From NCBI RefSeq assembly GCF_009914755.1, contig NC_060929.1: DNA of 64,000 nucleotides; one strand, written 5' to 3'. The first letter of the stretch is position 1; each line of letters opens with the position of its first letter. The stretch comes from the human T2T-CHM13v2.0 reference genome, Homo sapiens. Below the pieces are notes generated by a model. That model worked only from the letters and a program-made list of their open reading frames with translations. It had not been told where the DNA came from and searched no databases. Shown in pieces: positions 16,098 to 45,819 of this stretch. Made by a program: the position numbers and the translations under genes.

Positions 16098-17146
16098 CTA
16101 CAGAGGGGAAAGAAGTGCTGTTTGGAAAAAAGCTGTACAACCTGTATGCCAGGAAGTCACCAACTGATGACCCACCAGCCTAATCTGGCCCACAACCATG
16201 TTCTGTTCGGTCCATGTTCTATTTAAAAGCATCTTGAATTGGTTGCCATCATTTAAACTCAATCAGACTTTGAAGGCATGGTCCAGCCACACAGGGCCTA
16301 CATTCCCACATGGCAACTATGAAAGGGCTCCAGCCCAGCAGGGGCTGTCCCGGTCCCTGCCACCCCCACTTCCTGTGCCTCAGATCTGGCCCCTGTTACG
16401 TAAGATAAGGACAGCTACAGGTCCCTCTGAGCCTAAACCCACCTAACCGGACTAACATGGGTGAAGCATCTTAGCTTACAAAGCTCTTTCACATACATCT
16501 ATCTCTTTATTCTCATAGTCCACAGATAACTGACTATTTGGTTCTTACCATCAGGCCAAACGGTAAGTTCCTTCAGAACAGGGCCTCCTGCTTTATCCCA
16601 AGAAGTGATACTGTAGGTACCCAAGATCCACCCCCAGCCTCTATTTTTTTTTTTTGAGACAGGGCCTCACTCTGTCATGCAGTCTGGAGTGTGGTGGTGT
16701 ATGATCATGGCTCACTGCAGCCTTGAACTCCTGGGTTCAAGTGATCTCCTGCTTTAGCCTCCCAAGTGGCTGGGACTACAGGCATGTGCCACCACACCCA
16801 GCTAATTAAAAAAATTTTTTTTGTAGAGATGGAGTCTCACTTTGTTGCGCAGGTTATTCCTGAACTCCTGTCCTCAACTGATCCTCCTGTCTTGGCCTCC
16901 CAAAGCACTAGGATTACAGGTGTGAGCCACAGCGCCTGGGCTGGGATTCCCACTTTACAAGATGGGAACTGAAATGCAAGAAGTAACATATCTGTAGTCC
17001 CAAAACTAAGAAGATGTGGAGCTGAGAATCCATCCAGGCCTGTCTTAGCTCCAACACTCCTGGCTCTTTCCCACACTCTCCTGCTATGGCAGACTATCCC
17101 AGACACCCCAGTGCTGAGCAAGGTCAGGGGGCCACGTGCTCCTTAC

Positions 17147-17252
17147 CGTCTTAGAGGGGATATAGACATAGGGCAAATTTCGGTCCTCACACATGACTGG
17201 GAGATGGCAGTATACCTCAATGGGCAGTGTGTCTCCTGCCAAAACCATGATC
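17147..17252 (-). CDS. NHP2: NHP2 exon 3
   Basis: tttcag|G ... AAGACG|gtaagg; IMVLAGDTLPIEVYCHLPVMCEDRNLPYVYIPSKT. Confidence 0.96.
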
Positions 17253-19232
17253 CTGAAATGAGAGAAAACACTGTCATCTCTGGCTTGCTCCTTCCTTCTT
17301 TCAGTTTTAAGTGCTGCCCTGGGCTGGGTCTTAGGGATAGAGACAAAATTGTGTTTGGTGAGCACACTATTTGGGGGTGATCTCTACCTCTTGGCAACAT
17401 ACAGGTGCCACCAAAGTGATGTAGTGCTCGGACAGGTGAAGTACAGGATGGGTGCCAAGGTGTATGAGCTCAGCTCTCTTTGGAGAGTCAAAAAAGGGTT
17501 CAACCAGGAGGTGACACTTGAACAGCACGCTGATGGATGACTGTGTGGCAGGCAGCCCACGGAGGGGCTGGGGCGGGGGAGAGCATGTGGTGTGAGAATC
17601 AGAACGGCACCAGACACAGCCGAGAGACTGGCAGGGGACACCCCCAAGACCTTGAGTACCAGGCTAAGAAGCATGGGCTCTGTCCCAAGAGTGACAGTGA
17701 GGCAATGAAAGCTTGCCAGAGACTCAGCCAGGGTTCCTAGCTGGCCAGGTGTCAAGGCTGGGGGGCAAGGGCCTCAGGAGCCTAAGACACAGAAGGAAAA
17801 GTCTGCTCTCCCATGCTGGATAACAGGCGGACACACAAGGACAGAGCCCTCGGCTGAAAGAATGCTTCCGCACTCCTAGTGCTCCTCTGGGCCCTCTGCT
17901 GGCTCCCCTTCTGTTAAGCGCCTTTCACTGTGAGTGTTCCTCACAGCCTTGTCCTCGGCTGCCCTCTCCTCTCAGGACCTTCTTCCTGGCTGACCGGAGC
18001 CACTGCCATGGGGTCAGGTGCCATCTATGTGCTGAAAACTCCCAGATGTACTATCTCCAGCCTGGCCCTCTCTCTTCCATGCTCCAAACCCCTATAGCCA
18101 TCTGCCTGTTTGACAGTTCTCCTGGTGTGGGGCGGGGTGGAAGTCATGTGTCTCTACAGCACCTCAAAAACTTACCCAGACCCAAATTTGTGATCTTTCT
18201 ACACAAATCTGGTCCCCCTCCACTGTTCACATCTCAAGATTGGGCCCTCTGTCCCTCCAGCTGGGCATGTCAGAACCTAGAAGTCGTCAATACCTCCCCA
18301 TTCTCCACATCTGAAAGTCCTTTCAAATCTGTCCCCTTTAACTCTGTCTCCACCATCACCTCTCCAGGACTACAGTAGTCTACTACCTGAACTTTCCCAA
18401 ACCTACTCGTACCTCTCTAATCCTTTCTTCAATTGTCAGAAAAATCTTAGGGTGTAAAAAATAATAAAAATTATGTCACTTCCTGGCTTTAACCCCTAAT
18501 AGCCTCCAAAGTGCTGAGTATAAAAACTAAATTTACTGTGTCCTACAAGGCCCCCTAAGAAGGTAGCACTTCTGCTCACCAGACCCTCTCCTGCCCAGAG
18601 GCCCACTCTTTCTTCTGGCAGAATCCTCCCACCCACCCCCCAATTAATCCCTGTGTCTTAAGACCTCAGCTCAAATGTGACTGCTGAGGGAAACTTCCCC
18701 AGATGCGCCCTCCCCAGCTAGGTTAGATGCCGTTGAGCATCAAGTCTGCCCAACATTATTGATCTCTTGAGCACCTACAGTTTCACTTCTTGGGATAAAG
18801 CAAGGAGGCCCTGTTCTGAAGGAGCTTACCATCTGGCCTGAGAGGGTGATAAAGGGAAGAAAAATGTAAACAAGGTTCAAACTTTGATAAATGCCATTAA
18901 GAAAAGTGGGGTGATGAAGTTATCATTGCACTCTGTTATTTTCCTTCATGGCTATCTATCACAACGTGTAATTAGTTGTGTGTGTGTCATTATCTGATGA
19001 ATGAATGTCACTGTTTCCCCCATAACACAGTGCCTGAAAAAGAGTACATTCAATTGTTAAGGCTGCCAGGCGCGGTGGCTCATGCCTGTAATCCCAACGC
19101 TTCGGGAGGCTGAGGCAGGAGGATTCCTTGAGCCCAGGAGTTCAAGACCAGCCCGGGCAACATGGCGAGACTCCTCTGTCTCTGCAAAACAACAATAACA
19201 ACAGCCAGGCGTGGCGCAAGCCGGTGGTCTCA

Positions 19233-19367
<135 letters not shown>

Positions 19368-19749
19368 TCAGTTCCTTAAATACAGAGCCGGAGAGGGGTC
19401 ATCCCTAGGACTGAGATTCAGGGCTGAGAGGATTAGGGCGGGGGCCGGAGGTAATCTGAGGCAAGGAGCGGAGCCCGGGGAGGAGGGTCCCTGAATTAAT
19501 GAAGGTGGGTTTACTCTAAGGGACTTTGCTTACACAATTCGCTTCACTTTGGAATTCACTTTGAGCTGGTATACGTGGTGTACCGGTATTGTCGTACCGG
19601 TATTGTACCAAAGGGACTTTACCGACTGCTTGATTGGCTTCTGTATATGGGGCTAGGTCAGAGTTAACCTTTTTACTGCGCGCCTACTAAGTAGAGATTT
19701 CTCCGTTAACGTTTAGAAATGCAAAATCCAGAGGAAGGAAGGTTCTTAC

Positions 19750-19819
19750 CCTTTTTCTCCTTTGTTGACAAATTTCTGAACCTCTTTCACCCCGCGCCGA
19801 ATCTGCTTCTGCTTCACCG
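19750..19819 (-). CDS. NHP2: NHP2 exon 2
   Basis: ttgcag|CG ... AAAGG|gtaaga; AVKQKQIRRGVKEVQKFVNKGEK. Confidence 0.96.
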
Positions 19820-19916
19820 CTGCAACGACAGAAGAGTCGGTCGGGGGCCTCGCTCAGCCACCCGCGCACCCATCCCACCCGCGCACCCATCCCGGCCACG
19901 CCGCCGTCCGCCTCAC

Positions 19917-20076
19917 CTTTCTTGATGCATTTGTAGAGCTTCCGCGTGAGGCGGCGAGAAGCCAGGGGCTGCGCGATGGGGTTCTGGTTGACCAGCAGCT
20001 CCTGGTAGGTGCGCTCCCCGGAACACGCCTCCGCCTGAGCCTCGGGCCCGTCGGGATCTGCCTTTATTTTGGTCAT
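19917..20076 (-). CDS. NHP2: NHP2 exon 1 coding part
   Basis: MTKIKADPDGPEAQAEACSGERTYQELLVNQNPIAQPLASRRLTRKLYKCIKK; donor G|gtgagg. Confidence 0.97.
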
Positions 20077-20099
20077 CGCAGCGGCCGCTGAAACCTAGT

Positions 20100-20400
20100 C
20101 CCAGGGAGGCGAGCCCACGCGGTCCACAGCTTTAGGCATCACTTCCAGGTCATCAGCTGCGCGAGAAGCCGCCGTACAACACGGCCAATCAGGAAAGGAA
20201 GTCTCCGACTCAGCCCAATCGTTGACGCCCAGCTTCGTAACTACGGAGAGCGGAGAGGGGCGGAGTCATGGTCCTTAAGGCGGGGCCATCCCCGGACCAA
20301 GGGACTGGGCGGAACCGATTAGGGCGGAGCGGAGGGAATGTGAGGCAAGGGGCGGAGCCCTGGGAATCGGGGCCGGAGAGGGCGGGGCTCTGGGTGCTGG
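20100..20400 (-). promoter_or_regulatory. NHP2: NHP2 CpG-island promoter
   Basis: CpG-rich; CCAAT boxes (ggccaatcag ~20183, cccaatcg ~20215), about five GC boxes (gggcggag/gggcgggg, 20257-20388), ETS-like cacttcc ~20139; no TATA seen. Confidence 0.85.
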
Positions 20401-20430
20401 AAAGGCTGCCTCGTTTTTTTTCTTTTTTGA

Positions 20431-20592
<162 letters not shown>

Positions 20593-22287
20593 TAGAGACA
20601 GGGGTTCTCCATGTTGGTCAGGCTGGTCTTGAACTCCTGACCTCAGGCGATCCGCCCGCCTCGGCCTCCCAAAGTGCTGGGATTACAGGCGTGAGCCACC
20701 GCGCCCGGCCTAAGGCTGCCTCCTTTCTTGCATAATTTTTCTTTGTTTTCTGACCCCTGGACCCGGCTGCGCAGGTGTGAAAGATACAGAGCAAGGGATG
20801 ACCCCACTGACCTGCGTCTGCACCGCTTTTCCACAGATAGCGTGTGGCTCACTCTCATCCCGCAGGGTTCCGTTTCAGTGTTTCCCATGGGAGAGGTTTC
20901 CCTGGTGATTTTATCTAAAATTGCCGTCCCCTCTCTCTCCAAACCAGCATCCCTTCACCCGCTATTTTCCCGCAGTTCTTACCATTGCCTGACGCTACAC
21001 ATGCAGAGGGCCTAGCCGAGAAGCCAGCCGGGGCTGAGGGAAGGACGGCTCCAGCGAAGCCGGGAACAGCGGAGGGAAGGCTTTGGGGACTGAGCTCCCT
21101 GCCGTGCAGGGTGAGAGCTATGAGGAGCTACCCTTTGGACGGGTCTGTAGAAGGTAAAGGGACAGAGCTGCCAGGGCGTGGGGGGCGGTGGCAGGCCGAG
21201 ATCCAGTGGATCTTGGTATCTCTGATTAGCCTCTTCCACTATATTTTGGAACTCTGGATGGATATTAATTAGATAATCGCTGCAAATTACTAATTTGTAA
21301 TACTAATTACCTTTGATCCTGATGTGGCAGGCCTGCCATTTTTGTGTTGCTGGAACAGGCCAGTAAGTAGAAACTTAGAAGTGTTCCGGTAGTTGTGGGT
21401 GGGAACACAGGTCAGTTAAACCAACTTAAAAATTGGCCTTTCCCGGGTGTGGTGACTCGTGCCTGTGGTTCCAGCTACCCGGGAGGCTGAGAGGGGGCTC
21501 GCTTGAGCCCAGAAGTTAGAGGCTTCAGTGAGCCATGACTGCACCTGTGAATAGCCACTGCACTCCAGTCTGGGCCACCCAGGAAAATCTTGTCTCTAAA
21601 ACAAAACAACAACAACAAAAACCTTGTAACTCTGAACTAAAGTGCAATAAATTTTGTTTTGCATTAAATAAAAACAAATAGGCTGGGCGCGGTGCCTGTA
21701 ATCCCAGCACTTTGGGAGGCCGAGGCGGGCAGATCATGAGGTCAGGAGATCGAGACCATCCTGGCTAACACGGTGAAACCCCCGTCTCTACTAAAAATCA
21801 CTCTGTCCAGCAGAGTGATGGAGAATTTCACTCCTGAGAACCCAGTTCAAACAAATTCAAACAAATGGGCTCGCTTGACTGACCTCACTCAGAGCCTCGG
21901 TTGTGAAGTCCCTTCAGCTCTTACATGGAAGGAAAAAGAAAGTTAACATTTATGTGGCGAGCATATTATATACAATATCTCATTCAGTGCTCACCAAAAA
22001 ATACCTCTATGGTAAAGGTAAAGACTTTACCATCCTTTTACCAGGAATATATAACTTTATATTCACAATTTACTGACACACATAAAGATGAATAGTTTGG
22101 TACAGCTCACACAAAGCTGGATTTGAACCCAGGTCCACTTGTCTCCAAGCCCAGACTTTACCCATACCTGTGATTTGACATTTGACTTCAGCTCAAAAGG
22201 ATACGTAAATAGTGAAAGTGTAGGAACCTCAGCTTGGCCCAGGTCACACGTGTCTGCATTTTGAGCCATAAGACAATGAAGTGCTGA

Positions 22288-24000
<1,713 letters not shown>

Positions 24001-24158
24001 TGAGTTTACTTTAAGCAGTGTACAGTGGCTGATAACATAAAAATTAATGGACACTGGTCCAGAGCTCTAAATGACAAATGACTTTAGGCAAGTCATTTAG
24101 CCTCTCTGGGCGTCAGTGCTTCACCATAAAGTGAGAAAGTTAGATCTAGATGGACTAA

Positions 24159-24392
<234 letters not shown>

Positions 24393-24849
24393 TAGTAGAG
24401 ACGGGGTTTCACTGTGTTAGCCAGGATGGTCTCGATCTCCTGACCTCGTGATCCACCCGCCTCGGCCTCCCAAAGTGCTAGGATTACAGGCGTGAGCCAC
24501 CGCGCCCGGCCAGGAGAGAATCTCTTGAGCCCAGGAGATCGAGACTAACCTGCAGGAGGACCACCTGAGTCTGGGAGATCAAGGCTGTGGGGAGCTGTGA
24601 TTGTGCCAATGAACTCCAGCCAGGGTGACACAGTGAGACCCCCACCTCAAAAAAAAAAAAAAAAAAAGAAAAGAAAAAAGAAACGCTGTACCCTTTAGCT
24701 GTCACCCTCTGACCTCCTTATCTTTCCTGAACTCTAAGCTACCACTAATCTACGTTCTGTCTCTATCCATTTCTGTGTTCTGGACATTTCATAGAAATAG
24801 AATCATGTAATATGCAGTTTTTGTGACTAGCTTCTTTTACTTAGAATAA

Positions 24850-25126
<277 letters not shown>

Positions 25127-25500
25127 TGATCTGCCCACCTCTGCCTCCCAAAGTGCTGGGATTACAGGCGTGAGCCACCATGCCCAACCTAGTGCTTTAT
25201 TATTAAATAATATTCCATTGTATAGATATACCACATTTTATCCATTCATCAGTTCATGGATTGGGTTGTTTCCACCTTTTGACTATTGTGAATAATGCTG
25301 ATATGAACATTCGTGGACACATGTTTGTGTGGGTATATTTTGCCGTTCCCTTGGGTAGATACCCAGAATGAAAATGGCTGGGTCAAATGGTAACTCTATG
25401 TTTAACTTTTTGGGGAAAGGCTAGGCTGTTTTCCAAAGTGGCTGCCCCATTCCTACCAACAGTGTATAAACGTTCCAATATCTTTACATTTTTAACACGT

Positions 25501-25855
25501 TGTTATCTGACAAATCCAGTTTCTTGGAAAGAAACATTTCAAAGGGACTTATGAACAGAAGCCACGTCTGTGTCTCCAGTGGTGGGGAGACAAAATCGTA
25601 GATCCCCGCAGCAGTATCCCCAGGTCCACAGCTTCTGTACCAAGGGAAAGGGTTATACAGAAGGGATGTGTGGACAAGCAAAGTATGATAACATCAAGGC
25701 TGTTTGATTTAATGGTAGGATTGATGGTAAGTACAGTCTCCTATACAAGGAACAATAGATAAACTGGAAATCTTAGAGGCCTTCCTGGAACAGGAGTTAA
25801 TCAGAAGCCAACATAGTAGATTAGCATCCAAGATGGAGTTGCTTTACCCTCAACA
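25501..25855 (-). mobile_element. Solo LTR (ERVL, MER76/77-like) between old L1 fragments
   Basis: tg...ca termini; ccaagatggagttgct and gataacatcaagg motifs; family from recall. Confidence 0.55.
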
Positions 25856-26412
25856 GAGGAGTCTTAGGCTCATAGCAACATTGAGAGGGAGGTAGAGAGA
25901 TTTCCTATCTGCCCCCTGCCCCACGCATGCACCTCCTCTCCCATTGTCATCTTCCACCAGAGGGTACATTTGTTACAATTGATCAACTTACATTGTCACA
26001 TCATTACCACCCAAAGTCTATTGTTGACATGAGGGTGTGCCACAAGAGGGATGGCACCTGTAGGCTCTGGCTGGGGGGAGGGGGTGGCTATTGAATCCAT
26101 TATCAGCCACAGATCCCCAGTTGCAGTTGGAGACAGGCTTTACTCTGGGCCACCAAAGTCTGAGCTTTTCCCAGACAGATTTGGTTTTGTTTTTGTTTTT
26201 GTCGTTTTTGAGATGGAGTCTTGCTCTGTCGCCCAGGCTGGAGTACAATGGTGCAAGTACAGCTCACTGCAAACTCTGCATCCCAGGCTCAAGCGATCCT
26301 CCCACTTCAGCCTCCTGAGTAGCTGGGACCACAGGCATGCGCCACCACGCCTGGCTAATTTTTATATTTTTTGTAGAGACAGAGTCTTGCCATGTTTTTA
26401 TATTTTTTGTAG

Positions 26413-26532
<120 letters not shown>

Positions 26533-26916
26533 TGAATTTTTTGTCTGGGGGTTTCTAGAGGAACAGGAGGTGGTGGCGGATGCCAAGTGCAGCAGCTGTT
26601 TTAGTCCTGACTCTCACTTCCCGCTTCCTGGTCCTGGGGTGCCTGGTGGCTTGGTCTCCCCTGCAGTCCCCTTGCAGCCTTTCCTGGGCTGTGGCTGTCA
26701 ACACCTGTTTCATCTATTGCCTTCTTCTATTCACTTTCCATAGTCTCAAAAGTCAGAAAAATGTTTCCTCTGTTGGGGCCTTTCCCTCTCATTTTCTTTG
26801 CTGTTTTGCTACAGGCTGGCAGGCATTGTTGGGGGCGTGTGTATGTCCACGTGTGCACAAAACCTGCCCTTCTCCACAGCACCATGCTGCTACCCACTGC
26901 TTAACAGGACTCTTGA

Positions 26917-27234
<318 letters not shown>

Positions 27235-27237
27235 TAA

Positions 27238-27544
<307 letters not shown>

Positions 27545-27671
27545 TAGCCAGGGTGGTCTCGATCTCCTGACCTCATGATCTGCCTGCCTTGGCCTCTCAA
27601 AGTGCTGGGATTACAGGCATGTGCCACCGCGCCCGGCCCAGACTTTGTTTTTTCTTGTTGTTTGTTTTTGA

Positions 27672-27866
<195 letters not shown>

Positions 27867-28789
27867 TGAACTCCTGACCTCAAGTGATCTGCCACCTCAG
27901 CCTCCCAAAGTGCTGGGCTACAGGTATGAGCCACGGCACCCAGCCTCCTTCCAGACTTTGTGCCATGGAGATGTGGGGGCCAGGACCATTGGCCCCTAAA
28001 GGTTCACTGAAAAATCACTGGCACAAGGCAGACAATTATTAGGAGTAAAGGGAATCTCACGAGGTTTGGGTCTGCACCGTGCATATTGGACTTTCCCTTC
28101 ATTCAGAACAACTTACTGAGCGTCTTTATGTGCCCAACACTGTGCTGGGCATCGGGGGAGCCATGGTGAGCTAGACAGAGAGTCCTGGTCTCCCAAGGGT
28201 TCCGCACGGGAAGTACCAGCCGTGGGAGCAATATAGAACTGGAATCTAGGAAGGGATCTGGGAAAAGTGCTCCCTACAGGATTTGTTGGATGTGACAGGG
28301 TAGAGGAGGAGGGTACTGGGAAGACCTAGGGGTGAGGAGGGAACGAGGGCAGGGCCGGCTGGAACAGCCACCCTTAGTGCTTACTGCAGCCTTCTTCCGG
28401 GTTGAATCTCCCCATCCTACAAGGCAGGAAGCTACAGGAGGTGCCTGGTGGAGAGTCCGTCCTCAGAAATCATTTGAACAAATGACTTTTACGGACTTTT
28501 GTTCATCCCCTGAAGCTCCTGGGGTACCACTGCAGGATTTTAAATTGGGGAGTAGCATGGTTAGCTTTGTGTTTTTGGAAGAGCATCTAGGCTACAGCAG
28601 GGGAACCAGAGGGTGGGCAGGATGCCTGGGGAAGAGGGGGAAGAATGAGAGCAGCAAGGGGGCTGCGAGTGTGGCCTGATCCAGGATGATGGCCGTGAGG
28701 CTGAGCTAAGGGAGTTGGTGAGAGCGATATACAGGACACAAAAGGACTTTGAGATATGGGGTGTGGCAGTGGAACAAGAGGATGGGTCA

Positions 28790-30679
<1,890 letters not shown>

Positions 30680-31204
30680 TCAGTACTTCTTATGACCGTG
30701 CTCGTCTGACATCTGGCCTCTTGCTTCGCAGGAGGCAGAAAGGCCATGCTCCTGCCCTAGAAAGTGAGCGCGCTTCTAGTGAAGGGTCTTTAGAGCCCAT
30801 TGATTCACCCTCCCGTCAACGGAGTGGAATGACGGAGGCCAGGCCCAGACCCCTGAGCAAATCAGGTTCCGAGGTGGGAGGGGAACCCAGGCAGCCCTCC
30901 CTCATTCATTCCTTGGCACCTGTTCAGCCTCTGGCTTCCCGTTGGCCATGGAGAGGAGGAGAGGCAGGGAGCAGTGCGCCTCCCCCCTTCTGACCTGTGC
31001 TTATTCTCCAGCAGCAGACACCTGGCGCTGCTGACCTTCCTTTTCTCGTGAGATAGGAGGCATCTGTTTTTCTCTTTCTTCGTGAAAGACAGGAGAGCAG
31101 CCAGGCCAGAATGGGGGATTGCGGGGGGCGTGGAGAACTGGGCTGAGGGTGTTTGGGACCTGCTAGGCAAAGGGCTTGAGTGTCAGTCCAACTGATTTAG
31201 ATCG

Positions 31205-31715
31205 AGGTCAGAAGATGTTCTCTGTTAAGGGCCAAACAGTAAACATTTTAGGCTCCGTGGACTATACAGTCTCTATCGTAACCACTCAGCCCTGCTGTTA
31301 TAGTAGGAGAGCACCCAGAGACAATATGTAATCAAATGGGGTGGCTATGTACCAATAAAACTTTATTTATAAAAACATGGGGGCCGGGTGTGGTGGCTCA
31401 TGCCTGTAATCCCAGCACTTTGGGAGGCTGAGGCGGGCGGATCACGAGGTCAGGAGATCCAGACCAGCCTGGCCAACATAGTGGAACCCCGTCTCTACTA
31501 AAAATACAAAAAATTAGCCGAGCGTGGTGGTGGGCGCCTGCGGGAGGCTGAGGCAGGAGAATCGCTTGAACCAGGGAGGCGGAGGTTGCAGCGAGCTGAG
31601 ATCGCGTCACTGCACATCAGCCTGGGTGACAGTGCGAGACTGTCTCAAAACAAACAAACAAGCAAGCAAGCAAGCATGGGTCCGCGGGTCGTAGTTCGCT
31701 GACCGCTGATCTGGA
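31205..31715 (+). mobile_element. MER58A-like hAT element split by an Alu
   Basis: aagggccaaacagtaaacattttaggct ... ccaataaaactttattt ... gtagttcgctgacc. Confidence 0.7.
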
Positions 31716-31910
31716 CGGTGGTGGTGCCTGCAGGTTTTTCCAATCAGATGCAACAGCTGAGGCTGGGGGCCGTGGCTCACGCCTGTAATCCCAGTGTTTT
31801 GGAAGGCCGAGGCGGGAGGATCACTTGAGCCCGGAAGTTTATCAGCAGCCTGGGCAACAAACAAGACTTCTGTCTCAACAACAACAACAACATTAAAGAA
31901 AGAAAAAATG

Positions 31911-32913
31911 ATGCGCCGGGGTCGCGTCGGGCTGGGCCGGGGGCGCGCCGTGCGAGCGGGATGTCCGGCCTGCGGGCGCTGCCGGGGCTCAGGCTGCTGG
32001 TTGCGGCTCGCGCCTGCGCGAATCAAAAGCCAGACCAGCGCCTGCCGCTCGGGACCCACCTCGTGGGGACGGCAGCGGCTGAACTCGGGTGGCCGCTGGG
32101 ACTCAGCGGTCATGGCGAGCATAGCGGTGAAGCACCTGAGCCAGGAGGAAGCCCAGGTCGTGGACCAGGAGCTATTCAACGAGTACTAGTTCAGCGTGGC
32201 CCGACTTGTGGAGCTGGCCGGGCTGAGCTGCGCCGCAGCCATCGCCAAGGCATATTCCCCCACGTCCATGTCCAGGAGCTCCCCTACTGTCCTGGTCATC
32301 TGTGGCCCGGGGAATAATGGAGGAGATGGTCTGGTCTGTGCTGCGCACCTCAAACTCTTTGGCTAACCGGCCAACCATCTATTACCCCAAAAGGCCCAAC
32401 CAGCCCCTCTTCATTGCGTTGGTGACCCCGTGTCAGAAAATGGACATCCCTTTCCTTGGGGAAATGCGCTCAGAGCCCGTGATGATTGAGCTGTATGAGC
32501 TGGTGGTGGATGCCATCTTCGGCTTCAGCTTCGAGGGTGATGTTCGGGAACGTTCCACAGCATCCTGAGTGTCCTGAAGGGATTCACCGTGCCCACTGCC
32601 GGCATCAACATTCCCTCTGGATGGGATGTGGAGAAGGGAAACTCTGGAGGGATCCAGCCAGACTTGCTCATCTCCCTCACAGCACCCAAAAAGTCTGCAA
32701 CCCAGGTTACCCGGTCGCCACCATTACCTGGGGGGTCGTTTTGTGCCACCTGCTCTGGAAAAGAAGTAGCACCTGAACCTGCCCCTACCCTGACACCAAG
32801 TGTGTGTATGGTCTGCAGTGAGGGAAGGTGGGTGGGTATTCTTCCCAATAAAGACTTAAAATCGCCCCCTCAGAAAAGAAAGAAAGAAAGAGAGAGAGAG
32901 AAAGAAAGCGAGA
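31911..32913 (+). pseudogene. Processed pseudogene of NAXE (APOA1BP, NAD(P)HX epimerase)
   Basis: Intronless match across frames: MSGLRAL.., [71 protein letters not shown]; ATG 31961; stops at 32187 and 32364 plus frameshifts; AATAAA 32847; A-rich tail; TSD gaaag(g)aaaaaatg. Confidence 0.93.
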
Positions 32914-33199
32914 GAAAGGAAAAAATGTAAATTAAAAAAGAAAAGCATCACGCCATTGCACACCAGCCTAGTTGACAGAGCAAGACTCCATCTCGAACAA
33001 AAAGAAAAAAATTAAAAAGAAGCAACCGATGGGATCCACTTCCAACACTGCATTCTGCAAATATTCTGTATGTATATGCAGTACACAATGCTATCCTTCC
33101 CCTTTTTTCCACCTTTTTCTTAGTAAGTGTCCATCCTCTCTTCACAGAAACAGTAGCATACTACGCACAGCATTCTGCATTTTGCTTTTTAACATTTTT

Positions 33200-35686
<2,487 letters not shown>

Positions 35687-35844
35687 GTGCCTGCTTCCCC
35701 TTCGCCTTCTGCCATGATTATAAGTTTCCTGAGGCCTCCTCAGCCATGCTTACTGTACAGCCTGCAGAGCTGTGAGCCTATTGAATCTCTTGTCTTTATA
35801 AATTACCCAGTCTCAGATAGTACAGGGTGAGAACGGATTAATAC
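35687..35844 (+). mobile_element. MST/MaLR LTR 3' fragment
   Basis: gccttctgccatgattataagtttcctgaggcctcc ... tttataaattacccagtctcag ... taataca. Confidence 0.8.
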
Positions 35845-35945
35845 AGAAAATATATGTTGAAATCCTAGCTACTTGAGAGGCTGAGATGGAAGGATTGCGT
35901 GAGTCTAGCAGTTCAAGGCTACAGTAAGCCATGATCACACCATTA

Positions 35946-44850
<8,905 letters not shown>

Positions 44851-44940
44851 ACTGCACTCCAGCCTGGGTGACAGAGTGAGACCCTGTCTCTAAAATTGTT
44901 TTCAATGAAGTATGGCAATGTGTGCTTGTAGTCCTGGCTA

Positions 44941-45417
<477 letters not shown>

Positions 45418-45525
45418 TCAGGAGATCGAGACCATTCTGGCTAACATGGTGAAACCCTGTGTCTACTAAAAATACAAAAAAATTAGCCGGGTGTGGTGGC
45501 AGATGCCTGTAGTCCCAGCTACTTA

Positions 45526-45651
<126 letters not shown>

Positions 45652-45819
45652 TTATCAACTGCCTTGTTAGTAGGTATTGATAAGACTGGTATCTTTTCTC
45701 ATTTTATCTATTTATGTAATGAATTATATTGAGTTTCTAATATTAAACCATCCTTGCCTTTCTGGAATAAGTCCACTTGAATATCATTTTAAATTATATT
45801 TAAGTGCTATTGGATTGTT

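Noticed and set aside
19687-20076. 129-aa NHP2 ORF as a separate protein
   Set aside because: Exon 1 read through the 97-nt intron into a shifted frame; the spliced 153-aa model explains it.
31794-32930. NAXE-like ORFs as a functional epimerase or Alu-NAXE fusion peptide
   Set aside because: Multiple frameshifts and premature stops fragment the domain; no evidence of translation from sequence alone.
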